Source of the DNA: Thermodesulfobacteriota bacterium
GTDB lineage: Bacteria; Desulfobacterota; BSN033; UBA1163
Direction: 5' to 3'
Assembly: GCA_026415035.1 (NCBI GenBank)
Contig: JAOAHX010000013.1
Span: 13,717-77,716, forward strand
Length of the DNA stretch: 64,000 bases
Shown here in pieces: positions 46,570 through 56,182 of the stretch. Under the pieces are notes generated by a model. The model made no database searches. It was not told where the DNA came from and worked only from the letters and a program-made list of their open reading frames with translations. The number at the start of each line of letters is the position of its first letter. The first letter of the stretch is position 1. The position numbers were made by a program, and so were the translations under genes.

Positions 46570-47697
46570 TCAGTTCCTCCTTTTAAATTGGATGACGACG
46601 ATCTCCGGTTCCGAGTCGATCCGCAGGGGAGGCCCCCAGGTTCCTACCCCACTGGAGGTGTAGACGAGGAGATCGCCGTATCTCTTCAATCCGTAATCGT
46701 ATCCCTTGTAAATCCACGAGGTGAGGAACCGGAAGAGAAAAACCTGTCCCCTGTGGGTGTGGCCCGAAAGTTGAGCCGAAATCCCTTGCTCCCTTGCAAT
46801 CTCGAGATCGGAAGGGACATGTTTTAAGAGGAGGCTCGGTTTCTTAGGGTCGATTTCCATCTTGCGGAGCATCGCTTGAAACTGTTTTTGATTTCTCGAA
46901 TCCCGGTAGCCCACGCCAAGGATCTGAAGCCCATCGATCTCCATCTTCTCGTTGTCCAAGACCCGAATGCCAGCGCTTCGGACCGCCTCGAGAAAAGGGG
47001 TGCGGTCGCCAAACTCCTCGTGATTTCCCGTAATGAAATAGGTGCCTAAAGGGGGGCGAAGACGCAAAAACGGGGCCACCGTCTGGGAAAGGTCCATCGC
47101 CTTGGCGCCGTCGAAGAGATCCCCTCCGATGAAGACGATATCCGGGTTCGGGTGTCGAAGGATCTCGGTGAGCCGTTGGGCAAACCCGCGATGCCTTACA
47201 TGACCCAGATGGAGGTCGCTCACCCAGACGGCCTTTCGACCTTCCCAAACCGCGGGGAGATGTGGCAGCGGTAGGTCGATCGTTTGAATACGAATCACCG
47301 AAGCATTGATAAAGCCATAGAGGCCTCCTGCCAAGGCGATGCCGAAAAGAAGGGTTATCATGGCTTTCCGGTTTAAAGGAAAAGGGAAGAGCGGCTTCAG
47401 GCCGTGAAGGATCCATCCCAAAGCGGAGGCAAGGAAGAGGAGGTAGGAGAGGCCGAGCCAGGAGGCGGAGAGAATATAGAGCGCCCTGACCCAAAGGTTG
47501 GCAAAACGAGAGGACAGCAGAGACGAACCGATGAAGCTGATCGAAAGAAGGGCGAGGGAGACCCTCAGGGTCCAAAGTTTCACGGGATCGGCCACCCCAT
47601 AAAAGGAGACCAGGGTCCGGTAAAGCAACCCGTGACCCAAAAAAAGGATCGACTGAGCGATCCCGATCCAGAGGATAAGTCGCATAGGACCAGACAC
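46570..47697 (-). CDS. Membrane-anchored metallophosphoesterase (calcineurin-like, YkuE-type)
   Basis: N-terminal TM region followed by DLHLGH, GDLFDG, GNHE and GHTHRG motifs. Confidence 0.75.
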   Translation of the reverse strand: MSGPMRLILWIGIAQSILFLGHGLLYRTLVSFYGVADPVKLWTLRVSLALLSISFIGSSLLSSRFANLWVRALYILSASWLGLSYLLFLASALGWILHGLKPLFPFPLNRKAMITLLFGIALAGGLYGFINASVIRIQTIDLPLPHLPAVWEGRKAVWVSDLHLGHVRHRGFAQRLTEILRHPNPDIVFIGGDLFDGAKAMDLSQTVAPFLRLRPPLGTYFITGNHEEFGDRTPFLEAVRSAGIRVLDNEKMEIDGLQILGVGYRDSRNQKQFQAMLRKMEIDPKKPSLLLKHVPSDLEIAREQGISAQLSGHTHRGQVFLFRFLTSWIYKGYDYGLKRYGDLLVYTSSGVGTWGPPLRIDSEPEIVVIQFKRRN

Positions 47698-47869
47698 GGT
47701 CCCATTATAAGGGATTTCGGGGTCAAATCGCTACCGAAAGAGCGGGGATCATCCGTGGATGGGGATTTGAAGGGCCCGCCGAGAAATGATTTTTTGGCTT
47801 GACAGAAGGGCAGGTTTCAATCTATACGTAAATACGAATCCCGAATAGGAAGGAAAGGAACGAACGATC

Positions 47870-48370
47870 ATGGCGACATCGATCTTGGAAGGAAAGAGGA
47901 TTCTGGCGGTGGATGACGAACCGGATGTCCTGAACATCCTCGAAGAGGAGATCAAGGAGGCCGCTCCAAACTGTATCTACGAGAAGGCCACGACCTTTGA
48001 GGAGGCCTCGGAGAAGCTCCGATCCAACCCTTACGATCTCGTCATCCTCGATATCATGGGCGTCCGGGGCTTTGAGCTTCTGGAGCTGGCGGTGAACAAA
48101 AATCTACGGGTGGTGATGCTCACCGCCCATGCCCTCAGTCCAGAGGCCCTGAAACGGTCCTTCGAGATGAAAGCGCGCGCCTACCTTCCCAAAGAGCAAC
48201 TGGGGGAGGTGGTGCCGCTTCTCGAAGACGTCCTGAGGCTGGACTACCTCTCCGGGTGGAAGAAGGTGATGGAGAAGCTGAAATGGTTCTTCGACTCCAA
48301 ATTCGAATCGGATTGGGAAAAGAAGACCGGTTTGATATGGCAGGAATGGGGAAAGCCCGAACGGAGCTGA
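47870..48370 (+). CDS. Stand-alone response regulator receiver protein with a conserved roughly 45-aa C-terminal tail (paralogue 1)
   Basis: LAVDDEPD, phospho-acceptor LVILDIMG, LTAHA, YLPKE. 166 aa with no output domain. Confidence 0.8.
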   Translation: MATSILEGKRILAVDDEPDVLNILEEEIKEAAPNCIYEKATTFEEASEKLRSNPYDLVILDIMGVRGFELLELAVNKNLRVVMLTAHALSPEALKRSFEMKARAYLPKEQLGEVVPLLEDVLRLDYLSGWKKVMEKLKWFFDSKFESDWEKKTGLIWQEWGKPERS

Positions 48371-48405
48371 TGCCCTGATCTTCTTGAAGAAAGGAGGGCC
48401 CCGCA

Positions 48406-48915
48406 TTGAAGGAGTCTCTGTTAAACCACAAGCTCATCCTGGCCGTGGACGATGAACCCGATGTGCTGGCCGTCCTCGAAGAAGAGATCAAAGAAGCGGC
48501 CCCCCAGTGCCGGGTCGACAAGGCGACCACCTATGAGGAGGCCGTCGAACGAATGATGTCGCTCACCTACGACCTGGTGATCCTGGACATCATGGGGGTC
48601 CGGGGCTTCGACCTCCTCCAACTTGCCGTCAGTCGCCGCTTTCCGGTGGTCATGCTCACCGCTCATGCCCTCAATACGGAGGCCCTGAAGAAATCGATCG
48701 AGTTGGGCGCCCGGGCTTACCTTCCCAAGGAGAAGCTGGGCGAACTCGTCCCCTTTCTCGAGGATGTCTTGAAATATGAATACCTGCCGGGATGGGAGCG
48801 CCTCTTGGACAAATTGAGCGGATTCTTCACGGCCCGCTGGGGAGAACACTGGAAGAAGGTGGACGAGAAATTCTGGAAGGAGTTCGACGAAAAGATCGCC
48901 TTTATCAAAAAATAA
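48406..48915 (+). CDS. Stand-alone response regulator receiver protein (paralogue 2, tandem duplicate)
   Basis: TTG start with an AAAGGAGGG RBS. About 60% identical to the upstream gene over the full length, including the W/K-rich tail. Confidence 0.8.
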   Translation: MKESLLNHKLILAVDDEPDVLAVLEEEIKEAAPQCRVDKATTYEEAVERMMSLTYDLVILDIMGVRGFDLLQLAVSRRFPVVMLTAHALNTEALKKSIELGARAYLPKEKLGELVPFLEDVLKYEYLPGWERLLDKLSGFFTARWGEHWKKVDEKFWKEFDEKIAFIKK

Positions 48916-49085
48916 GCCCCTTCCTTCCGACCCCTTGAACCGAGCATCCTGAGGGACCTCTTCCTGGACGACCGTCGCTCTGAGAAAAACCTTGAACCTC
49001 CCCTCCTTGAGGATTGTTTTCAGAAGGGGCCTTGAGTTATAAGATAGGGAAAAAGGCCCATCAGGGCAGGCCATCCCCCGGTCCT

Positions 49086-49763
49086 ATGTTTGAGCGACTG
49101 AAGGAAGACCTCCGAACCATCAAAGAGCGAGATCCGGCGGCAAAAAATTATTTGGAGATTCTCATCTGCTATCCTGGCCTCCATGCCATCTGGCTTCATC
49201 GGATTGCCCATTTTTTCTACCGACGAGGGTGGTTCACCACGGCCAGGCTCATCTCTCATCTCAGCCGGGCGATCACGGGCATCGAGATCCATCCAGGGGC
49301 CAAGATCGGCAGGCGGCTTTTTATCGACCACGGCATGGGGGTGGTCATCGGCGAGACCGCCGAAATCGGGGATGACTGTTTGATTTACAAGGGCGTGGTC
49401 CTCGGGGGCACCACCCTCGAAAAGAAGAAGCGGCACCCCACCCTGGGCAACCGGGTGGTGGTGGGATCGAATGCCGTCGTCCTCGGCGCCATCACCGTGG
49501 GCGATGGGGCTCGCATTGGGTCGGGCTCCGTGGTGGTCAAACCTGTCCCTCCCGGGGCCACCGTGGTGGGCGTGCCCGGTCGCATCATCGAATCTCCGAC
49601 CCCGGAAAAAGTCGAGCTCGACTTCGAGCACGGAAACCTTCCCGACCCCCTTTCCGACATCATGAAGATGCTCCTACGGCTCCATCACAAACTGGAGGAA
49701 AGGGTGAAACGCCTGGAGCGCTTGGTGGACCTCCCCCATAAAACGCTCTCCCATGAGGATTGA
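49086..49763 (+). CDS. cysE: Serine O-acetyltransferase
   Basis: SATase N-terminal helical domain ([16 protein letters not shown]) followed by the hexapeptide-repeat core [28 protein letters not shown]. The start was moved to an internal ATG. Confidence 0.85.
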   Translation: MFERLKEDLRTIKERDPAAKNYLEILICYPGLHAIWLHRIAHFFYRRGWFTTARLISHLSRAITGIEIHPGAKIGRRLFIDHGMGVVIGETAEIGDDCLIYKGVVLGGTTLEKKKRHPTLGNRVVVGSNAVVLGAITVGDGARIGSGSVVVKPVPPGATVVGVPGRIIESPTPEKVELDFEHGNLPDPLSDIMKMLLRLHHKLEERVKRLERLVDLPHKTLSHED

Positions 49764-49765
49764 CG

Positions 49766-50203
49766 ATGTCGAAATATCCCAAATTCTTGATCGAACATTT
49801 TCAAGATCCCAGGAACGTCGGCGAGATCCCCGATGCCGATGGCATCGGCACCGTCGGGAACGCCTCCTGTGGGGACATCATGCAGATGTTCATCAAAGTG
49901 AAAGACGAGAAGATTGCGGACGCAAAATTCAAGACCTTTGGCTGTGGCGCCGCCATCGCCACGAGTTCGATTCTCACCGACCGGATCAAAGGGGCCACGT
50001 TGGAGGAAGCCCTAAAGATCTCGGAACAGACGTCCAAGGAAATCCTGTCTCAGCTGCCGAAGGAGAAGACCCCCTGCTTCACCCTGGCCACGGATGCCCT
50101 CAAGCTGGCCATTGAAGAGTATCGGTGTAAACATCGCAGGGCCGATGGGAAACGAGGGTTTCAGCTCGGAGACTGGGAGGAGGAAGGGAAGGGAGATTCA
50201 TGA
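49766..50203 (+). CDS. Fe-S cluster assembly scaffold (IscU/NifU N-terminal domain)
   Basis: GNASCGD and GCGAAIA motifs and a third Cys (KTPCF). ATG with a GAGGA RBS. Confidence 0.85.
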   Translation: MSKYPKFLIEHFQDPRNVGEIPDADGIGTVGNASCGDIMQMFIKVKDEKIADAKFKTFGCGAAIATSSILTDRIKGATLEEALKISEQTSKEILSQLPKEKTPCFTLATDALKLAIEEYRCKHRRADGKRGFQLGDWEEEGKGDS

Positions 50204-51108
50204 CCCCGGAGGAAAAGGTCGTATTCTTAAAGGATCCGAATCGAGTCCTCGTTCAGCTCATCAAAAAATTCATCCACGAGAGTGAGCAGAACCGAAGAAG
50301 ACCTCTCGATTTCGGCCTCTATTGGGAAGAGCCCCAGGTCGGGTTCGCCTCCGGAACCGATCCCCTTTTCCACGAGTTGAAATCGATCGTCGGACCTTTT
50401 CACCTCACTCCGACCGAGGTCATCGCCACTGCCCTCGGGGAAAGAGGAGGGGCCCTCTCTCCGGCGGAGATCGATCCCATCAGCGTTATCTCATGGGTCT
50501 TGCCCGCTGCGGAGGATACGCGAAAGAGCAACCGGAGGGAAGATCGGTTTCCTTCAAAGCTTTGGGCCTACACAAGGCATTTCGGTGAGGCCTGTAACGA
50601 TGCACTCCGCCGTCATGTGGTCGCTTTTCTCGAAGATTTGGGTTTCGTCTCGGTCGCCCCTGTGTTGATGCCCGGGTTTCAGCTCCTCCACGATGCAAGG
50701 GTCGGATGGGCTTCGCCCTGGTCGGAGCGCCATGTCGCCTATATCTGCGGCCTCGGAACCTTCAGCCTCAACGACGGCTTCATCACTCCCCGAGGGATGG
50801 CGGTCCGGTTAGGGAGTGTCGTCACGCTTTTGAAGCTAACCCCGAGCGAGCGGCGATACCGCCATTACCGGGAAAACTGCCTCTTCTTCAGGAACGAAAA
50901 ATGCGGCAAATGCATCTCCCGATGCCCTGCCCAGGCCATTACCGAGGAAGGCCATGACAAGGAGAAATGCCACGCCTATCTCAATTCTCCCTCCCTAAAG
51001 GCGAGGCGTCTGGAATATGGGATAGAAAACGGTCCCTCCTCCTGTGGTCTCTGTCAAACCGGGGTCCCCTGTGAATTTCAGATCCCCAGGCCTGATCTCA
51101 TCGCCTGA
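50200..51108 (+). CDS. QueG/reductive-dehalogenase-superfamily-like iron-sulfur protein (possible epoxyqueuosine reductase homologue)
   Basis: 'ICGLGTFSLNDGFITPRGMAVRLGSVVT' resembles the QueG core. CxxCxxxCP ferredoxin motif (CGKCISRCP) plus a C-terminal CGLCQTGVPC. 302 aa. Overlaps the iscU-like stop. Confidence 0.4.
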   Translation: MTPEEKVVFLKDPNRVLVQLIKKFIHESEQNRRRPLDFGLYWEEPQVGFASGTDPLFHELKSIVGPFHLTPTEVIATALGERGGALSPAEIDPISVISWVLPAAEDTRKSNRREDRFPSKLWAYTRHFGEACNDALRRHVVAFLEDLGFVSVAPVLMPGFQLLHDARVGWASPWSERHVAYICGLGTFSLNDGFITPRGMAVRLGSVVTLLKLTPSERRYRHYRENCLFFRNEKCGKCISRCPAQAITEEGHDKEKCHAYLNSPSLKARRLEYGIENGPSSCGLCQTGVPCEFQIPRPDLIA

Positions 51109-51201
51109 AACAGGCTCTCTCGGCTAGGATTTTTCAGACGAGAAGGGAAGCGTTTTGTGGAAGATCGAAGCGGTGAGCTGAACCGACCCTGTCCCTCCTT
51201 G

Positions 51202-52332
51202 ATGCACCTCTTCCTCGCTTTCTTCAAATTGGGAGCCACGGCCTTCGGCGGACCCGCGATCGTCGCCTACATGCGGCAGTTGGCGGTGAATCAGAAGCGT
51301 TGGCTGGATGAAAAGACAGCCCGGGATGGGATCGCCCTGTGTCAGACCATCCCAGGCGCCACCGCCATGCAGATGTCGGCCTATGTGGGGTTTAGGGCCA
51401 GAGGCATAGGAGGGGCCGCCGTCAGTTTCATCGGATTTGGGCTTCCGGCCTTTCTTCTCATGATGATCCTCTCGGCCTTCTACGCCAAGACGCATACCCT
51501 GCCTTCGGTTGTTTCCATCTTCAATGGACTCCAAGCCATCGTCGTGGCGATCGTGGCCTATGCCACGTTCTCCTTCGGCAGGCCCTTGGTTAAAACATGG
51601 CAGAACGGGGTGTTGGCCTTGACGGCTGCAGCTCTTTTCGGGCTGAAGCTCCATCCCATCCTGGTCATCTCCTTCGCCGCCTTCTTAGGGGTCGCGCTCT
51701 ACTTCAAACAGCCCGTTCAACTCGGGGAAAAACCTCCCACCAAGTCGTCTCCTCCACCCTCCCTCCTCTGGTTAATCTTCGCAGCCCTCTTGGGGACGGC
51801 CGCCCTTTTCAGGCTCAACAGAAGGCTTTTTGATTTGGCGATGCTGATGTTCAGAATCGATCTGTTTGCCTTTGGGGGCGGTTATGCCTCTGTCCCCATG
51901 ATGTTCCACGAGGTCGTCGAGGTCCGTCGATGGATGGATGGACCCACGCTCTTAAACGGCATTGCCCTGGGACAGGTGACTCCCGGGCCCATTGTGATCA
52001 CCGCCACCTTCATCGGATACTTGTGGCAGGGGTTTTGGGGTGGGGTGGTCGCCACAGCCAGCGTCTTTTTGCCCTCCTTCCTCATCGTCATCGGGGCAAT
52101 TCCCTATTTCGACCGGATCCGATCCTCTCCCCATTTGATAAAGGTTTTCACGGGGATATTCTGTTCTTTCGTGGGACTTCTCTTAACGGTCACCTTCCGT
52201 TTTGCAATCCATCTTCCTTGGGATCTCCCCCGTCTCCTCATCACGCTCGGGGCCTTAGCAGCCCTTTTCCTGAAGGTGGGACTCCTCTGGGTCGTTCTTT
52301 TGGGAGCAGGGGTCTCTTGGATCGTCTTATAG
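51202..52332 (+). CDS. chrA: Chromate ion transporter (CHR family, fused two-domain ChrA)
   Basis: The two repeats each carry the family motif (LGATAFGGPA and FAFGGGYA). About 377 aa. Confidence 0.8.
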   Translation: MHLFLAFFKLGATAFGGPAIVAYMRQLAVNQKRWLDEKTARDGIALCQTIPGATAMQMSAYVGFRARGIGGAAVSFIGFGLPAFLLMMILSAFYAKTHTLPSVVSIFNGLQAIVVAIVAYATFSFGRPLVKTWQNGVLALTAAALFGLKLHPILVISFAAFLGVALYFKQPVQLGEKPPTKSSPPPSLLWLIFAALLGTAALFRLNRRLFDLAMLMFRIDLFAFGGGYASVPMMFHEVVEVRRWMDGPTLLNGIALGQVTPGPIVITATFIGYLWQGFWGGVVATASVFLPSFLIVIGAIPYFDRIRSSPHLIKVFTGIFCSFVGLLLTVTFRFAIHLPWDLPRLLITLGALAALFLKVGLLWVVLLGAGVSWIVL

Positions 52333-52390
52333 GCCTTCGAACCATCGCTCCCGCCCGCACCCTTTTGCCGATCCCAAAAGAAAAAAAAGA

Positions 52391-52419
52391 TTGACATCGA
52401 TGCGGTCCTGTCGGATAAT
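52391..52419 (+). promoter_or_regulatory. Near-consensus sigma70 promoter TTGACA-17-GATAAT
   Basis: Hexamers at 52391-52396 and 52414-52419. Predicted TSS at about 52426. Confidence 0.55.
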
Positions 52420-52488
52420 AGATTGAGAAAAAACATATCGGGCGATGAAGTTCGCCATTAAAGGTCCCCAGCTTTATCGGGGAATGAT

Positions 52489-52524
52489 AACTTCTACTGG
52501 GTCCACTGGTAGAAGTTTTTTTTT
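52489..52524 (+). terminator. Rho-independent terminator or attenuator about 100 nt downstream of the promoter and upstream of the DUF2267-like gene
   Basis: Stem AACTTCTAC/GTAGAAGTT with an 11-nt loop, followed by T9. Confidence 0.6.
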
Positions 52525-52611
52525 CAAGGGAATATCTTCATCCCAGTTTTCGCATCTTGTGCAGGAGGAGGGATGGGGAAGGAGTGGTCTGAGAGGAAAG
52601 GAGGTAAGAGG

Positions 52612-52899
52612 ATGGAGACGAGGAAAGCGTTTCTCGAAGCGGTCATGAAAATCGCCCATCTCGAAGACTTAAAACAGGCGGATTTAGCCGCCCGGGCGGT
52701 CATCGCATTGACCAAAGCGATCATCGGAGAAGAACTTTCCCAGAAGATCGCGGAGGTCTCCCCGCCTGACCTTCGCGAGGGGTGGGAGTCGATCAAGCCT
52801 GCCTACCTCTTTGATGCCTACGAGCGAGATGAATTGCTGTTTGAGACAGGGGAGGTCTCGGAGGTCTCTGGGGAAACTCCTTACCTCACCCGGCCGTGA
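52612..52899 (+). CDS. Hypothetical protein (DUF2267-like)
   Basis: 95 aa. Excellent RBS (AGGAAAGGAGG). The helical pattern resembles DUF2267. Confidence 0.35.
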   Translation: METRKAFLEAVMKIAHLEDLKQADLAARAVIALTKAIIGEELSQKIAEVSPPDLREGWESIKPAYLFDAYERDELLFETGEVSEVSGETPYLTRP

Positions 52900-53057
52900 G
52901 ATCGAAAACGGTCCAACAAAAGACATCCTCTATGAAATCCCGGTCGATCGAGGGAGGCCACCCGTCCTTTCCCCTTTCCTCCTGCCCTGAGAAATGGTGA
53001 CGTCACCGAGTCCACCGGGATCGCTCTTGAACACACCCTGGCTTCGAAGGAGACCGT

Positions 53058-53759
53058 ATGACCGATCCCTACAGTGCCCTGATAATCGCCGCCCTTATCT
53101 TTCTCGGAAGCCTCCTTTCCGTCGAGACGGGGGTGTCGGTGGCCCTCATCGAGATCACCCTTGGCGTGATCGGCGGAAATTTTCTCGGTCTCGCACCTAC
53201 CCCTTGGCTGACCTTTCTGGCAGGTTTCGGAGGAATTCTTCTAACTTTCCTGGCAGGAGCGGAGGTCGATCCCATCATCCTGAGAGAAAAGGCGAAGGAG
53301 AGTTTATGGATCGGTGGCCTCTCATTCCTCGCGCCTTTTTTAGGAACGATTGCTTATTGCTACTGGGTGGCTCACTGGTCTTTAAACGCTTCGGTCATTG
53401 GAGGAATCGCCCTCTCGACCACTTCTTTGGCTGTGATCTATGCTGTTCTGGTAGAGACAGGATTAACCCATTATGAAATCGGTAAGATCCTCATGGCTTC
53501 CTGTTTCATCACCGACCTGGGCACAGCCCTGGCTTTAAGCCTCATCTTTGCGGAATTTAATATCTTCACCCTCCTTTCTGCCGGAGTCTCTGCCTTCGTC
53601 ATCCTGGTCATACCCAAGATAGCTCCCTTCCTATTCAAACGATACGGCGACCGGGTGATTGAGCCTGAAATCAAATTTCTCTTCTTCATGCTTTTCCTTT
53701 TCATTTATGTTTCTAAAGTGGGATCGAGCCATGCGATCCTGCCCGCCTTTGTGGTATGA
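53058..53759 (+). pseudogene. Truncated cation:proton antiporter (CPA2/Na+/H+ exchanger family) N-terminal fragment
   Basis: 233 aa with 6 TM helices and the 'AGAEVD' motif. Full-length members are about 380-600 aa. No continuation is found in any frame. It ends 5 nt from the truncated DUF86 gene. Confidence 0.5.
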
Positions 53760-53764
53760 TATCT

Positions 53765-53989
53765 TTATAGGTATCGGGAAGAGGATGGCCCTCTGAAGTC
53801 AGGATCAATTTTGGCAATATCAATGGACGAATTGACGATATTTTCAATCCATCTCTCCACATTTCTTCTCTTTCCTCTGTCCTCATGGTATCCTTCCCAG
53901 GAAAGGGTTTTGAACGTTTCGTAATCCTTCAGTTCATTTTCGAGGAAAGTGAGATGTCGGATGAACCTATATCGAATCTCTCTTTTCAA
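53765..53989 (-). CDS. DUF86/HepT-like fragment, truncated before the catalytic motif
   Basis: 74 aa. 'RRNVERWIENIVNSSIDIAKI' resembles the central DUF86 helix. The Rx4HxY region is absent. It overlaps the upstream NTase gene by 23 nt. Local GC is low. Confidence 0.4.
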   Translation of the reverse strand: MKREIRYRFIRHLTFLENELKDYETFKTLSWEGYHEDRGKRRNVERWIENIVNSSIDIAKIDPDFRGPSSSRYL

Positions 53990-54389
53990 GGGGATTTTTC
54001 TCCCTATAATCGTTGATCACAAGATGCATAAAATCTTCAGCCTCTTTCGTTACCCCCTCCATGAAATCGAGATAAAGCCCCCAGTCATTGATGGCAAGGG
54101 GGATTCCGCGAATGGCGCTTGCCGCAGCCGTTGAAGGATCCCTGTTCAAGACAAGAAGCTCAACCTCTCTTTTAATCATCCTTTCCAGGTCAGACCATAT
54201 CTCATCTTCGCTTGTGTAATAAATTTCTTCTTCAAACTCGATCGGATATCTTTTCTCGGGAGAAAAATAGACTGCGATATCCACATCGGATAAGGGGGTA
54301 GCCTTCCCTTTCGCTTGCGAGCCGTATAAAAAGGCGAAGGCGACCTCTTTCCGGTTCTTAAAGTAATGTTTTAAGGCTTCGATATCCAT
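53967..54389 (-). CDS. MntA-like minimal nucleotidyltransferase
   Basis: GSxxxGxxxxxSDxD motif (LYGSQAKGKATPLSDVDIAVYF). 140 aa. Confidence 0.65.
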   Translation of the reverse strand: MDIEALKHYFKNRKEVAFAFLYGSQAKGKATPLSDVDIAVYFSPEKRYPIEFEEEIYYTSEDEIWSDLERMIKREVELLVLNRDPSTAAASAIRGIPLAINDWGLYLDFMEGVTKEAEDFMHLVINDYREKNPLEKRDSI

Positions 54390-54431
54390 CGAACCAAAAC
54401 TAAGCGAAGGCGTGAAAAATGTCGACCCCTT

Positions 54432-54659
54432 TTATCGGATTCTTTCTTTCCGGGCCTCAATATACTCTCTATATTCTTTCAGGAGGACGCTTTTATACTC
54501 CCGGCGGGCGGAGGACGGGATGTAGTTGTTATATTTCTCCAGCCGGTCGAGGAGCTCTTCTGCCGTATCCCGATTCGGCAATCTCCCCTCGGAGTAAAGT
54601 TCGGCCATCACTTCATCCAAGCCATTCACCCGGACCTGTATGCCATCTGGAAATTTCAA
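54432..54659 (-). CDS. Hypothetical small protein
   Basis: 75 aa charged helical protein between the TA pair and ACR3. No recognisable motif. Confidence 0.3.
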   Translation of the reverse strand: MKFPDGIQVRVNGLDEVMAELYSEGRLPNRDTAEELLDRLEKYNNYIPSSARREYKSVLLKEYREYIEARKERIR

Positions 54660-54808
54660 GGTGCGCCGACTAACTGTCAGCGTCTCGGGCTCTCAGCCCA
54701 CTCAGCCATCGCCTTCCACCTGTGAAATTCGATACTCGGTCATCGATGACCTCCTTCCTCAATAGATCTCCCCTTCGGCCAGTCCCCCATAAGGGCTGGT
54801 TCCCTCCC

Positions 54809-55903
54809 TCAGGGTCGGCAGGAGAGGTGACAGACTCCCGTCGGTGTCTCGACGGCATAAGGAAAATATCTCTTCTTGAACCAGAGGGCCACATTGACAA
54901 GGCTGATCAGGACCGGGACTTCCATCAAGGGGCCGATCACCGCGGCAAAGGCCTGGCCGGAGTTGATTCCGAAGACGGCGACGGCAACGGCGATGGCGAG
55001 TTCGAAATTGTTCGAGGCCGCTGTAAAACTTAACGTCGTAGCTTGCTCGTAAGTCGCCCCGACTTTCTTGGAGAAATAGAAAGAGACCAGGAACATCACC
55101 ACGAAATAGATCAGCAAGGGAATGGCCACCCGGATCACATCGAGGGGGAGACGGACGATGTATTCCCCTTTGAGGGAGAACATGACGAGGATGGTGAAGA
55201 GGAGGGCGATCAACGTGATCGGGCTGATCTTGGGAACGAACTTCGTTTCGTACCAGGTTTTGCCCTTTGTCTTTAACCCGATCAGCCTGGAAAGAACCCC
55301 GGCAATGAAAGGGATGCCGAGGTAGATGAAGACGCTCTCCGCAATCTGACCGATCGTGATTTGAACGGCCATGCCTTTCAGCCCGAGCAAGGGTGGGAGG
55401 ACCGTGATGAAGATGTAGGCGTAGATGGAGAAGAAGAGGACCTGAAAGATGGAATTAAAGGCAACGAGCCCCGCGCAGTATTCCCGATCTCCCGAGGCCA
55501 GATCGTTCCACACGATCACCATGGCGATGCACCGGGCCAGGCCGATCAAGATCAATCCAACCATATATTCGTGATGCCCCGAAAGAAAGGTGATCGCCAG
55601 AAGAAACATCAGGACCGGGCCGATGACCCAGTTCTGGATGAGGGAGAGGGCAAGGACCTTATAGTTTCGAAAGACGTGGGCCATCTCTTCGTATCTCACC
55701 TTGGCCAGGGGGGGATACATCATGAGGATGAGTCCGATGGCGATGGGGATGTTCGTCGTGTCCACCTGGAACTGGTCCCAGAAGTGGACGATGCCGGGAA
55801 AGACATAGCCCCAGCCCACACCGACAAACATCGCTAAGAAAATCCATAAGGTTAAGTAACGATCCAGGAACGAGAGTCTTTTAGTGATTTGTTCTCCTGC
55901 CAT
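54809..55903 (-). CDS. acr3: Arsenite efflux permease, ACR3 family
   Basis: 364 aa with 10 TM helices. ACR3 family N-terminus ([16 protein letters not shown]). RBS AGGAG. Confidence 0.85.
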   Translation of the reverse strand: MAGEQITKRLSFLDRYLTLWIFLAMFVGVGWGYVFPGIVHFWDQFQVDTTNIPIAIGLILMMYPPLAKVRYEEMAHVFRNYKVLALSLIQNWVIGPVLMFLLAITFLSGHHEYMVGLILIGLARCIAMVIVWNDLASGDREYCAGLVAFNSIFQVLFFSIYAYIFITVLPPLLGLKGMAVQITIGQIAESVFIYLGIPFIAGVLSRLIGLKTKGKTWYETKFVPKISPITLIALLFTILVMFSLKGEYIVRLPLDVIRVAIPLLIYFVVMFLVSFYFSKKVGATYEQATTLSFTAASNNFELAIAVAVAVFGINSGQAFAAVIGPLMEVPVLISLVNVALWFKKRYFPYAVETPTGVCHLSCRP

Positions 55904-55978
55904 GTGGTCTATCCTCCTTGGCCCAGGTTTGAAATAGCTATCACTCTTAACCCGCGACCTGCCGGTTTTTTAGATGTC

Positions 55979-56182
55979 TCAGGAGCCTCCGAAACCGATG
56001 GTCACCTTGCCTCCCTCTACGATCACCGGTATCTTTCTCTTCCCCTTCGAATATTTCAACATCTCTTCAAGTGTTGCCTTGACCCCGACGTCACGAAAGA
56101 CGGCCTTATCTCCATAGGCCTCCCGGGCCTTTCTGGTATAAGGACAACCCTCTGTTCCATAGATTAAAACCTTTGAAGACAT
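55979..56182 (-). CDS. Glutaredoxin-like small protein (YruB/NrdH-like, thioredoxin fold)
   Basis: 67 aa. 'KVLIYGTEGCPYT' and C-terminal 'IPVIVEGGKVTIGFGG' are typical of YruB-type Grx-like proteins. Strong RBS. Confidence 0.7.
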   Translation of the reverse strand: MSSKVLIYGTEGCPYTRKAREAYGDKAVFRDVGVKATLEEMLKYSKGKRKIPVIVEGGKVTIGFGGS

